Shown here in pieces: positions 26,936 through 36,410 of a DNA stretch of 64,000 bases. The position numbers and the translations under genes are program-made. The stretch covers positions 856,359 through 920,358 of the forward strand of contig CAWDSS010000010.1 of assembly GCA_963805065.1 (NCBI GenBank). Direction: 5' to 3'. The stretch is from Candidatus Omnitrophota bacterium (GTDB taxonomy: Bacteria; Omnitrophota; Gorgyraeia; Gygaellales; Profunditerraquicolaceae). Numbering within the stretch: position 1 is the stretch's first letter; every line of letters begins with the position of its first letter. Below the pieces are notes generated by a model, which was not told where the DNA came from, did no database searches, and saw nothing but the letters and a program-made list of their open reading frames with translations.

Positions 26936-28434
26936 AACCATTAAAGTTTTGCATATTATCGGCGATCATCCTGGCTTTGCCATATGCGAACGCAAAGTTA
27001 TGGATTTTTGCCTGGTTTGGTTTCCTGCCTTTATTGGCTGCTCTTGCGGGTAAATCTAAACCTAAGGCATTCTTATTATCTTATCTTACGGGAATTATTT
27101 TCTGGACGCTGGTTATTTACTGGTTAGTGCATGTTACATTGCCAGGCACAATTATTCTCATTTTATATTTGGCATTATATTTTGGGATATTTGGCGTTTT
27201 AGTTACGAGCATCGAGCATCGAGCATCGAGCATCCTATTTTTGATTCCAGCCATATGGGTTTTGCTGGAATACGCGCGTTCACATCTATTGACGGGTTTT
27301 CCCTGGGCGCTTTTAGCTTATTCCCAGTATGAGAATTTGCCCATTATACAGATCGCAGATATAACGGGAGCGTGGGGAGTGTCGTTTGTGGTGATGTTAG
27401 TAAATACAACCGTTTATGGGGTTCTAGGTTCTAGGTTCTCGGTTCTAGGAAAAATCAAGAAATGCATACCTGTTTTATTATGTATTATTGTTGTACTTGG
27501 TTATGGATATTATAAGCTTTTGCCAGAACCCAGAACCCAGAACCCAGAACCCATTCGTATATCCGTCATTCAAGGAAACATCCCCCAGGAATTAAAATGG
27601 GACTCTTCCGCCAGGCAATATATTTTAAGCCAATACGCAAGATTAACAAGACAGGCAGCCAAAGACCATCCCGGCCTGATTATTTGGCCGGAAGCAGCCA
27701 GCCCCGGGTTATTAGGAGAAGATGATGCAGTTTTTGAAGAAATTGATTCTTTGGCAAGGAATGTCAAGGTGCCGTTACTCGTCGGAACAGTAGCCAAAGA
27801 CGGCAAGGAATATTTTAACAGCGCCATATTGATTAATCCAAGCGGTGAAATTGCCGCCCGTTACAATAAATTACACCTTGTCCCCTTCGGAGAATACATA
27901 CCTTTAAAGAAATACCTTCCGTTTCTGGAGACTATAGTTCCAATAGGAGATATCACAAGGGGTAAGGAATATACAATATTCCAAAACTTAAAACCTAAAA
28001 CGCAAAACGCGGAAAAATTTGCGGTTTTAATTTGCTTTGAAGATTTATTCCCTGAGCTTTCACGTAAGTTTATTCAGGGGGGGGCTCAATTTTTAGTTAA
28101 TATAACTAATGATGCATGGTATAAGGAAACCTCAGCACCTTATCAACATTTACAGGCATCGGTATTCAGGGCTGTGGAAAATCGCGTATTCTTAGTGCGC
28201 GCTGCCAATACAGGCATTTCCGGGTTTATTGCGCCTAGCGGAAGAATCGTATCTATTGTGCACGGCAAAAGGGACAGAGAAATATTTACCGATGGATACG
28301 AAACCCTGGAGATTCCGCTTCCTATTCCTAAGTCAAGCCCAACTTTTTATAACCGCTGTGGTGATTATTTTGTGTTGATTTGCTTTTTTACTTTTACCTT
28401 TTTGCTTTTACCTTTTAACTTTTTAAAAGATTAA
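26920..28434 (+). CDS. lnt: apolipoprotein N-acyltransferase
   Basis: Multi-TM N-terminal half plus CN-hydrolase domain (WPE, LICFE catalytic Cys, NITNDAW). Confidence 0.85.
   Translation: MLRKIKPLKFCILSAIILALPYANAKLWIFAWFGFLPLLAALAGKSKPKAFLLSYLTGIIFWTLVIYWLVHVTLPGTIILILYLALYFGIFGVLVTSIEHRASSILFLIPAIWVLLEYARSHLLTGFPWALLAYSQYENLPIIQIADITGAWGVSFVVMLVNTTVYGVLGSRFSVLGKIKKCIPVLLCIIVVLGYGYYKLLPEPRTQNPEPIRISVIQGNIPQELKWDSSARQYILSQYARLTRQAAKDHPGLIIWPEAASPGLLGEDDAVFEEIDSLARNVKVPLLVGTVAKDGKEYFNSAILINPSGEIAARYNKLHLVPFGEYIPLKKYLPFLETIVPIGDITRGKEYTIFQNLKPKTQNAEKFAVLICFEDLFPELSRKFIQGGAQFLVNITNDAWYKETSAPYQHLQASVFRAVENRVFLVRAANTGISGFIAPSGRIVSIVHGKRDREIFTDGYETLEIPLPIPKSSPTFYNRCGDYFVLICFFTFTFLLLPFNFLKD
27207..27234 (+). 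repeat. (GAGCATC)x4 perfect heptamer array, in-frame in lnt
   Basis: Read directly. Encodes SIEHRASSI. Confidence 0.95.
27420..27449 (+). repeat. (GGTTCTA)x4 heptamer array (third unit GGTTCTC), in-frame in lnt
   Basis: Read directly. GGTTCTN is the reverse complement of NAGAACC. Encodes [10 protein letters not shown]. Confidence 0.95.
27524..27555 (+). repeat. (CAGAACC)x4 + CATT heptamer array, in-frame in lnt
   Basis: Identical 32-mer to leuS 12350..12381. Encodes [10 protein letters not shown]. Confidence 0.95.
27982..28016 (+). repeat. degenerate A-rich heptamer array (CAAAACT TAAAACC TAAAACG CAAAACG CGGAAAA), in-frame in lnt
   Basis: Read directly. Homologous to leuS 13180..13211. Encodes [12 protein letters not shown]. 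Confidence 0.8.
28383..28425 (+). repeat. degenerate T-rich heptamer array (CTTTTAC CTTTTTG CTTTTAC CTTTTAA CTTTTTA) at the lnt 3' end
   Basis: Read directly. Its reverse complement is NNAAAAG, the same family as the A-rich arrays. Encodes [12 protein letters not shown]. Confidence 0.8.
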
Positions 28435-28438
28435 TAAT

Positions 28439-29581
28439 ATGTTAAATATTATCCTATTAGGTATTACGAGCCTTTTGACGGACATATCCAGTGAAATGGT
28501 TTATCCGATATTGCCGATTTTTTTAGTTACTACGCTCGGCGCTGGTCCTGCTATCTTAGGGTTAATTGAGGGGATTGCGGAAAGCCTGGCGAGCCTGCTT
28601 AAAGTATTTTCCGGATATTTTTCTGACCTCACAAGAAAAAGAAAGCCTTTTACCATATTGGGTTATGCCAGTTCCGGAGTGGGTAAATTTTTTCTCTATA
28701 TCGCCAGCAGCTGGTTATATGTATTAATCGGCAGGGTGATTGACCGTTTTGGAAAAGGCGTACGCACCGCTCCCAGGGATGCGATTATTGCGGATAGCGC
28801 TAAAGAGGGGAAAAGAGGGGCTGCATTTGGTTTGCATAGGGCAATGGATACTTTGGGAGCGATTATCGGAGTCTTACTGGCATATTTTTTAGTCACTGGC
28901 TTCAAAGGCTCTTTAAGGGTTGTATTCTTGTTTTCTCTTATCCCTGCGTTTTTCGGGGTCTTGTTCCTGTTCCTGGTCAAAGAGAAAAAGAAAGAGCAAA
29001 CACAAAGCAGTAAAAGATTAGAGTTCAAATGGAGCGCTTTAGATAAGAGGCTGAGGCTCTTTCTTATATTTACATTTATATTTACACTGGGGAATTCCTC
29101 TAATTTATTCCTGCTGTTACGCGCAAAAAACCTGGGAGGCTCAGTTGGCTTGGTAATCCTGATGTATCTTGCTTATAACATTACATATTTTTTATCTTCT
29201 TATCCTGCAGCTTACCTTTCCGATAAAATCGGCAGGAAGAAACTGCTTGTGTCAGGCTATTTTTTCTATGGATTAGTTTATTTAGGATTCGCGGTTAGTC
29301 ATTCCTTAACTATGCTGTGGTTGTTGTTTGCGGTTTATGGTTTGTACATTGGTTTTACCGAAGGCGTAGAAAAGGCGCTGGTGGCAGATATCGCTCCGCA
29401 AAACTTGCGTGCCACAGCCATGGGCCTGCATGCAACATTGGTGGGTATTGGTTTATTGCCGGCTTCTTTGTTCGCAGGTCTGCTCTGGAAATTTCTGGGT
29501 GCTTCTACTCCCTTTTATTTTGGCGGGGTTATGGGTGTTGTGGCAAGCGTGGGATTCTGGTTTGTATTAAAGGGTATCTAA
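28439..29581 (+). CDS. MFS transporter
   Basis: 12 predicted TM helices, DRFGKG-type loop motif between TM2 and TM3. Confidence 0.75.
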   Translation: MLNIILLGITSLLTDISSEMVYPILPIFLVTTLGAGPAILGLIEGIAESLASLLKVFSGYFSDLTRKRKPFTILGYASSGVGKFFLYIASSWLYVLIGRVIDRFGKGVRTAPRDAIIADSAKEGKRGAAFGLHRAMDTLGAIIGVLLAYFLVTGFKGSLRVVFLFSLIPAFFGVLFLFLVKEKKKEQTQSSKRLEFKWSALDKRLRLFLIFTFIFTLGNSSNLFLLLRAKNLGGSVGLVILMYLAYNITYFLSSYPAAYLSDKIGRKKLLVSGYFFYGLVYLGFAVSHSLTMLWLLFAVYGLYIGFTEGVEKALVADIAPQNLRATAMGLHATLVGIGLLPASLFAGLLWKFLGASTPFYFGGVMGVVASVGFWFVLKGI

Positions 29582-30459
29582 TCTTCTCCCCGGGGTTCCA
29601 TGTGCACCACCACATCAGTCACTTCAGGAAGGCTGGTTTTAATTGCTTCTTCAATAGCAGAGCTTATTTTATGCGCTTCAGACATATGCATACTCGCGCT
29701 TACCTGGACGTGTAAATCTATGTGGACATCATCAGGCCTTCCGCGCGACCTTATCTTATGGCAGGCCTTGACTCCCTTTACCGTTAAAACGATATCCCTG
29801 ATTTTCTGGTCATCGAGTATGGCTGCGGTATCGCAGAGGACTCTTGAGCCCTCCCTGATTATATCGTAACCCGCATGTGCAACAAAAAACGAAATTATAA
29901 TCGTTACAATCGGGTCTAAGATTGGGAAACCTAATTTTATAGCAATAAGGGCGATTATAACGGACACGGAAGTAAATAAATCAGCCTTAGTGTGCATGGC
30001 GTCAGAAATCAATATGTCGCTTTTTAAGGCCTTGCCAATTTGTACCTCGTATCTCATAACCCAAAGATTAATTGCCATGGTAATAGTCATGATAAGGAAG
30101 CTTCTGATATCAACCTGGGGAATGGTTGGGGCGTATAAATGTGCGACACCTTCTTTTGCCAGGTTAAAGGCAACAATAAAAAGCAGGGCAGCGATTATTA
30201 GCGAGAACAATGTCTCATATTTCCTGTGGCCGTAGGGATGGTCTTTATCCGAGGGTTGACATGCAAAGCGTATGCCGATTATGCCTATGATATTAGACGC
30301 TCCGTCAGCCAGGGAGTGGAATCCGTCAGCAGTCATGCTTTCGCATTTGCTAAAGAGGCCGTAAATTATCTTGGCCAGAGAAACAGACCAGTTCAGCACC
30401 AGGACTATAATCAGGATACGCCGGATTTTAGCGTAATGTTCCTGCACTAAGGTATTCAT
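29578..30459 (-). CDS. cation diffusion facilitator (CDF) family metal efflux transporter
   Basis: ADGFHSLADG and HxxxD (MHTKADL) TM metal-site motifs; C-terminal cytoplasmic domain. Start at MNTLVQ (30459) is preferred because of the promoter geometry. Confidence 0.8.
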   Translation of the reverse strand: MNTLVQEHYAKIRRILIIVLVLNWSVSLAKIIYGLFSKCESMTADGFHSLADGASNIIGIIGIRFACQPSDKDHPYGHRKYETLFSLIIAALLFIVAFNLAKEGVAHLYAPTIPQVDIRSFLIMTITMAINLWVMRYEVQIGKALKSDILISDAMHTKADLFTSVSVIIALIAIKLGFPILDPIVTIIISFFVAHAGYDIIREGSRVLCDTAAILDDQKIRDIVLTVKGVKACHKIRSRGRPDDVHIDLHVQVSASMHMSEAHKISSAIEEAIKTSLPEVTDVVVHMEPRGED

Positions 30460-30466
30460 AGGACAA

Positions 30467-30494
30467 ATTATATAGTATTTTCCCGGCATTTCAA
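30467..30494 (-). promoter_or_regulatory. sigma70-type promoter TTGAAA-16-TATAAT placed 7 nt before the CDF ATG (leaderless mRNA predicted)
   Basis: Hexamers read on the minus strand. No SD. Confidence 0.5.
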
Positions 30495-30545
30495 ATGAAA
30501 GTTTATGTATTGAGGTATTAAAATTATATGATAAAATAAGGAACT

Positions 30546-31928
30546 ATGCGCAAAATAATAATATTAAATTTGGCAATTTTAATAATCCTCGCTGCCATTC
30601 ATTGTTACGCCCAGGAATTGAAGGAAATTGAGCCGTTCAATAAAAATGACCGGGTTCTAATTTTAGCCCCGCACCCGGACGATGAGGCTATTGCCTGCGC
30701 AGGCGTTATTCAAGATGCAATTGCCGCAGGCGCCCATGTCCACATCGCTTTCCTGACAAACGGCGACCATAATGAAATCGCATTTATTGTTTTTGAAAAG
30801 AGGTTTACTCTAAGACAAGGCGAATTCATTCATATGGGTAAAGTGAGAAGGGTAGAATCAATAGAGGCGATGAAGCTGTTAGGATTGCATGAAAACGATC
30901 TGACCTTCCTGGGTTATCCTGATTTCGGGACGTTTGCGATTCTTTGCAACCACTGGCAAAATAGCCCGCCTTATAAGAGTATGATGACAAGGATTTCTGC
31001 CGTTCCTTACAAGGAAGACCTTTCCTTCGGTGCTGCCTACAAGGGAGAAAATATTCTTAAAGACATTGAGAGCGTGCTCTTGGATTATAAACCAAACAAA
31101 ATTTTTGTATCGCACCCCGCAGATGCAAATGTGGACCATCGGGCATTATATTTGTTTTTGCAGATTGCCCTGAGGGACTTAGATAGGCAACTGCCACAAC
31201 CCAAAATATACCCTTATCTTGTACATTGCCTGGGTTGGCCCTTGCCGCGCCACTATCATCCCCAGTTAAGCCTCCAGCCGCCCACCAGCTTTACGGACAA
31301 ACAGATCAATTGGTTAAAATTAGACTTAACTCCCGAACAAGTAAATAAAAAATACCAGGCTATTCTTTGTTATAAAAGCCAGACAGAGTCAAGCGCCTTT
31401 TATTTATTAGCATTTGCGCGTAAAGACGAGTTATTCGGAGACTATCCCGATATTGAACTTAACAAACAGGTTTCTGTAAGGGAGAAAGGGGTGTCGTTCT
31501 TCGGATTTTCAGATATGTACATGGATTCTGATACTGGGGTGCTGGGGGGTTTGGAGGGTATTGAAGATAAGGGCCGGGTTGATTATGCTGCAGTGGATAA
31601 TTATATTTTGATACGCATAAAGAAATCCAAAGAATTCACCCGTTTTTTTAATTTTCAGCTATATATCTTCGGCTATAATGGCAAGCAGCCGTTCTCATCA
31701 ATGCCCAAAATACGCCTGTTAGCCGAAAACCGCAAATTCCAGGTTTTTGATGGCAAAGAAATTATTAAACCGCAAGGTGTATCGATGGATATAAATTCTA
31801 ATGAATTGGTTTTAAAAATACCTCTTAGCGTGTTGGGAAATCCCAATTTCATTTTGACTTCCATAAAAAGTTACGGAGGAAAGCAACCCTTTGATTCAAG
31901 CGCCTTTAGAAAGATTTATTTAAAATGA
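30546..31928 (+). CDS. secreted PIG-L/LmbE-family deacetylase with extra C-terminal domain
   Basis: Signal peptide, then LILAPHPDDEAIACAG and a HxDH motif. Confidence 0.75.
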   Translation: MRKIIILNLAILIILAAIHCYAQELKEIEPFNKNDRVLILAPHPDDEAIACAGVIQDAIAAGAHVHIAFLTNGDHNEIAFIVFEKRFTLRQGEFIHMGKVRRVESIEAMKLLGLHENDLTFLGYPDFGTFAILCNHWQNSPPYKSMMTRISAVPYKEDLSFGAAYKGENILKDIESVLLDYKPNKIFVSHPADANVDHRALYLFLQIALRDLDRQLPQPKIYPYLVHCLGWPLPRHYHPQLSLQPPTSFTDKQINWLKLDLTPEQVNKKYQAILCYKSQTESSAFYLLAFARKDELFGDYPDIELNKQVSVREKGVSFFGFSDMYMDSDTGVLGGLEGIEDKGRVDYAAVDNYILIRIKKSKEFTRFFNFQLYIFGYNGKQPFSSMPKIRLLAENRKFQVFDGKEIIKPQGVSMDINSNELVLKIPLSVLGNPNFILTSIKSYGGKQPFDSSAFRKIYLK

Positions 31929-31942
31929 TCGAGGGAGGAGAA

Positions 31943-32440
31943 ATGTTAAACCTGGAATTAATCAAGATAAACAAGCCCGATGACGTAAATTTGATTTTAG
32001 GCCAAAGCCACTTTATAAAAACGGTAGAAGATTTGTATGAGGTTTTAGTAAATTGCGTCCCGGGCATAAAATTCGGCTTGGCATTTGTAGAATCCTCCGG
32101 AGCCTGCAAAATAAGAGCAGAAGGAAATGATCCTGAATTAAAGCAGCTGGCAAGTGATAATGCCTTAAAGATTGGCGCAGGGCATAGTTTTCTTGTTTTT
32201 ATGAGGGAGGCATATCCTATAAACGTACTGAATGCGATTAAAAATATACCGGAGGTCTGTACGATATATTGCGCTTCTGCAAACCCGGTTCAGGTTATTG
32301 TGGCGCAAGACCAAGATCAAGGCCGCGGCATTTTAGGGGTTATTGACGGACAAAAGCCCAAAGGTATGGAAACAGAAGCTGATATTGCCTGGCGCAAAGA
32401 ATTCCTGCGTAAAATCGGCTATAAGCTAAGCGAGCACTAA
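31943..32440 (+). CDS. adenosine-specific kinase-like protein (PF04008-type)
   Basis: GQSHFIKTVEDL, VPGIKFGLAF.ESSG, GAGHSF, PINVLN and CASANP blocks recalled from that family. SD GGAGGAG. Confidence 0.55.
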   Translation: MLNLELIKINKPDDVNLILGQSHFIKTVEDLYEVLVNCVPGIKFGLAFVESSGACKIRAEGNDPELKQLASDNALKIGAGHSFLVFMREAYPINVLNAIKNIPEVCTIYCASANPVQVIVAQDQDQGRGILGVIDGQKPKGMETEADIAWRKEFLRKIGYKLSEH

Positions 32441-32479
32441 ACTTACGGAGTGCACTAATCACGACGTAAGTTTAGTGCT
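32432..32479 (+). other. perfect 16-bp-arm hairpin (GAGCACTAAACTTACG/CGTAAGTTTAGTGCTC) overlapping the stop codon
   Basis: Read directly. The loop carries a second GCACTAA copy. No U-tract follows. Confidence 0.85.
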
Positions 32480-32535
32480 CATTGAATTGTCCTTGAATTT
32501 TTGCACCCTTTTGTTATAATTCATTTACTCTTACC

Positions 32536-33468
32536 ATGGATTCCAAGAAAATACGTAAAAGTTTGGGCCGTTTCGCCGGTTGGGTTGCCTTAATTTTATG
32601 CTCTTTGATAATAAAGGTTCTCCCTGAGCGCTATATCTACAGGTTTGCCCGGCAGGTGGCTAATTTGGCCTACCGCTTTGTTAAAAAACAGAAGAAAATT
32701 GCCTTAGAAAGTTTAAATATTGCTTTTGGTAAACAGAAATCGCAGCAGGAAATAGAACAAATTGCCAAAGATTGCTTTACTTATATGGCAAAGTCAGCTT
32801 TCGAACTCCTGTTCCTTATAGACAGGCCTAAATTATTAAATGCAAACGTTGGCATAGAAGGTAAGGAGCATTTAGACAACGCATTATCCAAAGGCAAAGG
32901 AGTAATTTTGGTCAGCGCGCATTTTGGGAATTTTCCCTTGCTTATGTCGCGTTTAGGTATCGCGGGTTATAAAATCTCTGGTATTATGAGACCCATGCGA
33001 GATGATCGAGCGGAAAAATTCTTTATGAAAAAGCGCACAAAAGTAAATATAAAAATAATATACAGCCAGCCACGCAATACCTGCGTTATGAACACTATAA
33101 AGGCATTGCGCGATAACGGTTTGGTTTTTATACCTCTGGATCAGAATTTCGGTACAGGAGGAGTTTTCGTAGATTTTTTCGGCAGCAAAGCTGCCACAGC
33201 AACAGGGCCGGTGGTCCTTGCCAAGCGTTCAGGTGCGGTGCTCTTACCTTGTTTTATAGTCAGACAAATTGACGATCGCCACAAGATTATTTTTGAGCCG
33301 GAGCTGGATTTGATAGAGGCGCAGGACCCGCAGGAATTTATTCTTTTGAATATACAAAGGCTGACTAATATAATTGAGACCTATATCCGTAAGTACCCTG
33401 CGGAATGGGGATGGATTCATAGAAGATGGAAAAGTAAAATGAAGCCCGAACTTACGGAACGCAAGTGA
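32536..33468 (+). CDS. lipid A biosynthesis (lauroyl/KDO-dependent) acyltransferase, LpxL/HtrB family
   Basis: N-terminal TM anchor, SAHFGNF (HX4D-like region), YP.EW.W.HRRWK C-terminus typical of the family. Confidence 0.7.
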   Translation: MDSKKIRKSLGRFAGWVALILCSLIIKVLPERYIYRFARQVANLAYRFVKKQKKIALESLNIAFGKQKSQQEIEQIAKDCFTYMAKSAFELLFLIDRPKLLNANVGIEGKEHLDNALSKGKGVILVSAHFGNFPLLMSRLGIAGYKISGIMRPMRDDRAEKFFMKKRTKVNIKIIYSQPRNTCVMNTIKALRDNGLVFIPLDQNFGTGGVFVDFFGSKAATATGPVVLAKRSGAVLLPCFIVRQIDDRHKIIFEPELDLIEAQDPQEFILLNIQRLTNIIETYIRKYPAEWGWIHRRWKSKMKPELTERK

Positions 33469-33494
33469 ACGTAGTTAAAAAGGAGGTGTTTAAA

Positions 33495-33710
33495 ATGGCG
33501 GAAGAACTTAAGAAAGAAGAGAAGAAGTGTTGTGAACCAGGCAAAGCAACGTCAACTATCTTAAAAGTTCTTTTAGGCATCGTGTTTCTGGCGCTGGGTG
33601 TGACAGCTATATTAAAATGGTGGCCAAACCTTTGGTTGATTATAACAGGATGCATTGGTCCCTTCCTTATCCTGGCTGGTATAATTACGCTGGCGATCGC
33701 TAAGGAATAG
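33495..33710 (+). CDS. small two-TM membrane protein
   Basis: SD AGGAGGTG. Charged N-terminus with a CC pair, then two hydrophobic helices. Confidence 0.5.
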   Translation: MAEELKKEEKKCCEPGKATSTILKVLLGIVFLALGVTAILKWWPNLWLIITGCIGPFLILAGIITLAIAKE

Positions 33711-33730
33711 TTTTTCGCACAAAAATTTAA

Positions 33731-33779
33731 GGGTTAATAGAGGCTCCAGGGCCTCTATTAACCCCTGCTTTTCGTTTTT
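33731..33779 (+). terminator. Rho-independent terminator
   Basis: 14-bp stem GGGTTAATAGAGGC/GCCTCTATTAACCC followed by a T-rich tract. Confidence 0.75.
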
Positions 33780-33815
33780 ATCATATAAATATTATTGAGT
33801 TGCGAAGGAGATTAT

Positions 33816-34382
33816 ATGGAAGCGATACTGCATAAAGAAATAATTTTAAATAAGACAATCTGCAGGCTATTTTGCCTAATGACCTTTGTTTTGCTTACTG
33901 CATTGGGAGCTTTTGTGCGCATACCTTTACCGTTTACGCCAGTGCCTATAACCCTGCAGACATTCTTTGTCCTTTTGTCAGGCGCGCTATTGGGGAGTAA
34001 CCTGGCAACACTCTCACAATTGAGTTATATGGCAATAGGCCTAGCAGGCGCTCCTGTATTTACGCAAGCAGGAAGCGGATTATCTTACCTTCTGGGGCCG
34101 ACCGGCGGATATCTTTTCGGATTCTTGCTGGTCTCTTTTTGGCTGGGCAGGTTTATAAAATACGGCAGAGGGAATTTGATTCTTATCTTTGCTATTGTTT
34201 ACGCAGCAGATTTTCTACTATTATTGTGCGGTGTCATTTGGCTTAAATTTATTTTGGGGTACTCTTTTAGACAGGCATTCTTTCTGGGGTTAGTCCCTTT
34301 TATCCCCGGCGATTGCTTAAAGGCAACTGCTGCGGCAATAATTTACCTAAGGATTAGCGAGCGCATAAAGCAGGTGCTGTAA
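33816..34382 (+). CDS. bioY: biotin transporter BioY (ECF S component)
   Basis: RIPLPFTPVPITLQTFFVLLSG.LLG and GGYL.GF motifs. Confidence 0.85.
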   Translation: MEAILHKEIILNKTICRLFCLMTFVLLTALGAFVRIPLPFTPVPITLQTFFVLLSGALLGSNLATLSQLSYMAIGLAGAPVFTQAGSGLSYLLGPTGGYLFGFLLVSFWLGRFIKYGRGNLILIFAIVYAADFLLLLCGVIWLKFILGYSFRQAFFLGLVPFIPGDCLKATAAAIIYLRISERIKQVL

Positions 34383-34400
34383 GTTAAAACAGGTATGACC

Positions 34401-34429
34401 TTGACAAAAGGTTTAAATTATGATAGATT
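34401..34429 (+). promoter_or_regulatory. sigma70-type promoter TTGACA-17-TAGATT with TG extended -10
   Basis: Read directly. Confidence 0.45.
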
Positions 34430-34466
34430 ATTTTGCAATTGTCCCACAAAAAATCGGAGGTGCCAT

Positions 34467-35060
34467 ATGAAGGTAAGAACAGCTTTGCTGATGATGGTGT
34501 CAGCCGCATTAATTTTCGTAATCTCTAAGACAGTATTCAGCCAGGATACAACACCCACAGAAACCGCGCAACCGGCAGAAAATACGCAGGAAGTTGTCCA
34601 GGGCGGAGCAGTGCCTGCAGAAACCGCAAAGCCTGAACCAGAGACACAGTGGGTTTGGGGAGAAGTGGTTAACGTTGACGCCCAAAATAAAACAATTTCT
34701 GTAAAATACCTTGATTACGAATCAGACCAGGAAAAGGAGATGACTGTGGGTGCCGATGATAAGACTACCTTTGAAAATGCCGCCTCCTTAGACGAATTAA
34801 AAGCCAAAGATACAGTAAGCATAGATTATATAACCCAAGACGGCAAAAATATTGCCAAGAATATAAGTGTTGAAAAACCAGAGGCTCAGCCGGTTGCTCC
34901 TCAGACACAAACCGAGACATCAGTTCCTGCTATGCCTCAAGCCTCGGCTCCAGCTACACCAGCTGCGGCTCAAACTGAAACCAAACCCGAAGAGGCTGCA
35001 ACTACTACACAGGCCCCGGCGGCAGAGCAGCCTTCGGCTCAAGCACCCTCCGGAAATTAG
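34467..35060 (+). CDS. secreted protein with Pro/Ala/Gln/Thr-rich low-complexity tail
   Basis: SD GGAGGTG, signal peptide, no recognisable domain. Confidence 0.5.
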   Translation: MKVRTALLMMVSAALIFVISKTVFSQDTTPTETAQPAENTQEVVQGGAVPAETAKPEPETQWVWGEVVNVDAQNKTISVKYLDYESDQEKEMTVGADDKTTFENAASLDELKAKDTVSIDYITQDGKNIAKNISVEKPEAQPVAPQTQTETSVPAMPQASAPATPAAAQTETKPEEAATTTQAPAAEQPSAQAPSGN

Positions 35061-35085
35061 ACGCCAAAAGATATTAAATTTTAGA

Positions 35086-35121
35086 ATAAGGCAGGGAATT
35101 ACTCCCTGCCTTATATTTTTT
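35086..35121 (+). terminator. Rho-independent terminator
   Basis: 12-bp stem ATAAGGCAGGGA/TCCCTGCCTTAT followed by ATTTTTT. Confidence 0.8.
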
Positions 35122-35123
35122 AG

Positions 35124-35762
35124 ATGACAAACATAAAACTCGTTATCTTTGATTTAGACGGCACTTTAGTGGACGCATACCCTGCAATTTCCCAAAGCGT
35201 AAACCATACCCTGCAAAAATTAAATTATCCCAGACGCGATGCCTTAACCATAAAAAGAGCTGTTGGCTGGGGAGATGTCAGTCTCCTTAAGCCTTTTGTA
35301 AAGCCGAAAGACTTAAAACATGCGGTTAGGATTTATCGTCACCACCACAAAACAGCTTTGGTCAGATATTCAAGGCTCCTGCCCCATGTAAAAAATATAT
35401 TAAATTACCTGCGAAAAAAAGGTTATAAGTTGGCAGTCGCCAGCAACCGGCCGACTAAATTTTCTCTGATTTTAATCAGGCACTTAGGGATAAAGAAATA
35501 CTTTGATTATTTACTCTGCTCAGATAAACTTAAGCACGCAAAGCCTAATCCTTTAATCCTTAATAAGATTAGACAAAAGCTGAAAGTTTCAGCACTCGAG
35601 AGCCTGTATGTGGGCGATATGGTTATAGATGCCCTGGCAGGCAAGCGCGCAAAAATAAAAACAATCATTGTAACTACCGGTTCAAGCACAAAACAGGAAA
35701 TTAAGAAAGCCAGGCCTTTTCGCATCATTACTGGAATCAAAGAGTTGCTTAAGGCGCTTTAA
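35124..35762 (+). CDS. HAD-superfamily hydrolase (phosphoglycolate phosphatase-like)
   Basis: FDLDGTLVD motif I, SN motif II, GD..D motif IV. Confidence 0.75.
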   Translation: MTNIKLVIFDLDGTLVDAYPAISQSVNHTLQKLNYPRRDALTIKRAVGWGDVSLLKPFVKPKDLKHAVRIYRHHHKTALVRYSRLLPHVKNILNYLRKKGYKLAVASNRPTKFSLILIRHLGIKKYFDYLLCSDKLKHAKPNPLILNKIRQKLKVSALESLYVGDMVIDALAGKRAKIKTIIVTTGSSTKQEIKKARPFRIITGIKELLKAL

Positions 35763-35776
35763 GTGTTTGTTTTGCC

Positions 35777-35805
35777 TTGACAGTAGTTATGTTTGGGGAT
35801 ATATT
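35777..35805 (+). promoter_or_regulatory. sigma70-type promoter TTGACA-17-TATATT
   Basis: Read directly. Confidence 0.5.
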
Positions 35806-35830
35806 AAGATCAAATCATTGCGGAGTCAGA

Positions 35831-36397
35831 ATGAAAAGGACAGCATTTTATTTAGCGGCTTTATGTTTAGTTTTTACGTTTACAGCAGCCTTAGCAACTC
35901 CCGCTGCTGTTACAAAACCAAAAGTAGTCTTGTTGATCTCGGAACAAAACATCGAGGGGCCGCAAAGGTCATGGTGGGCAAGTGAGATAGACTTATCTAC
36001 GACAGAAGCCGCCGTAGCCAATATACTTATTGATTCGGGTTTTGAGGTCCTTGAGCCGTCAGTCCTAAGCAAGGTTATAAAGCAGGATAAGGCATTCCGT
36101 GTGATTGCTCCCTCTGAAGCCAGCTCAATAAAGTTAGGTAATTTATCAAAGGCTGATTACGTAGTATTAGGTAAAGCCATTGCCTCTGCCGGAGGTAAGG
36201 TTCCGCAATCCAATATGGTTTCCTGTTTTGCCAATATTACGGCAAAGGTTATACGCGTAACAGACGGTAAGGTAATTGCTTATCTTGATGCTGCGGGAAG
36301 TTCTGCGCATTTAGATGTGATAACCGGCGGCAGGGAAGCCCTGAATAATGCCGGCCAGGATCTGGCCATAAAAATAATAAACGCTTTGAATAAATAG
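35831..36397 (+). CDS. secreted hypothetical protein, partner of the CsgG-like lipoprotein
   Basis: Signal peptide. Alpha/beta pattern resembling the next gene (ADYVVLGKA.., ..KVIRV.DGKVIA). Confidence 0.45.
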   Translation: MKRTAFYLAALCLVFTFTAALATPAAVTKPKVVLLISEQNIEGPQRSWWASEIDLSTTEAAVANILIDSGFEVLEPSVLSKVIKQDKAFRVIAPSEASSIKLGNLSKADYVVLGKAIASAGGKVPQSNMVSCFANITAKVIRVTDGKVIAYLDAAGSSAHLDVITGGREALNNAGQDLAIKIINALNK

Positions 36398-36410
36398 GGA
36401 GGAAAGAGTG

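Noticed and set aside
811-28425. Whether the heptamer arrays could be CRISPR arrays or other spacer-containing repeats.
   Set aside because: The units are 7 nt and contiguous with no spacers, arrays are only about 30 nt long and lie in-frame inside genes, and no cas genes are present.
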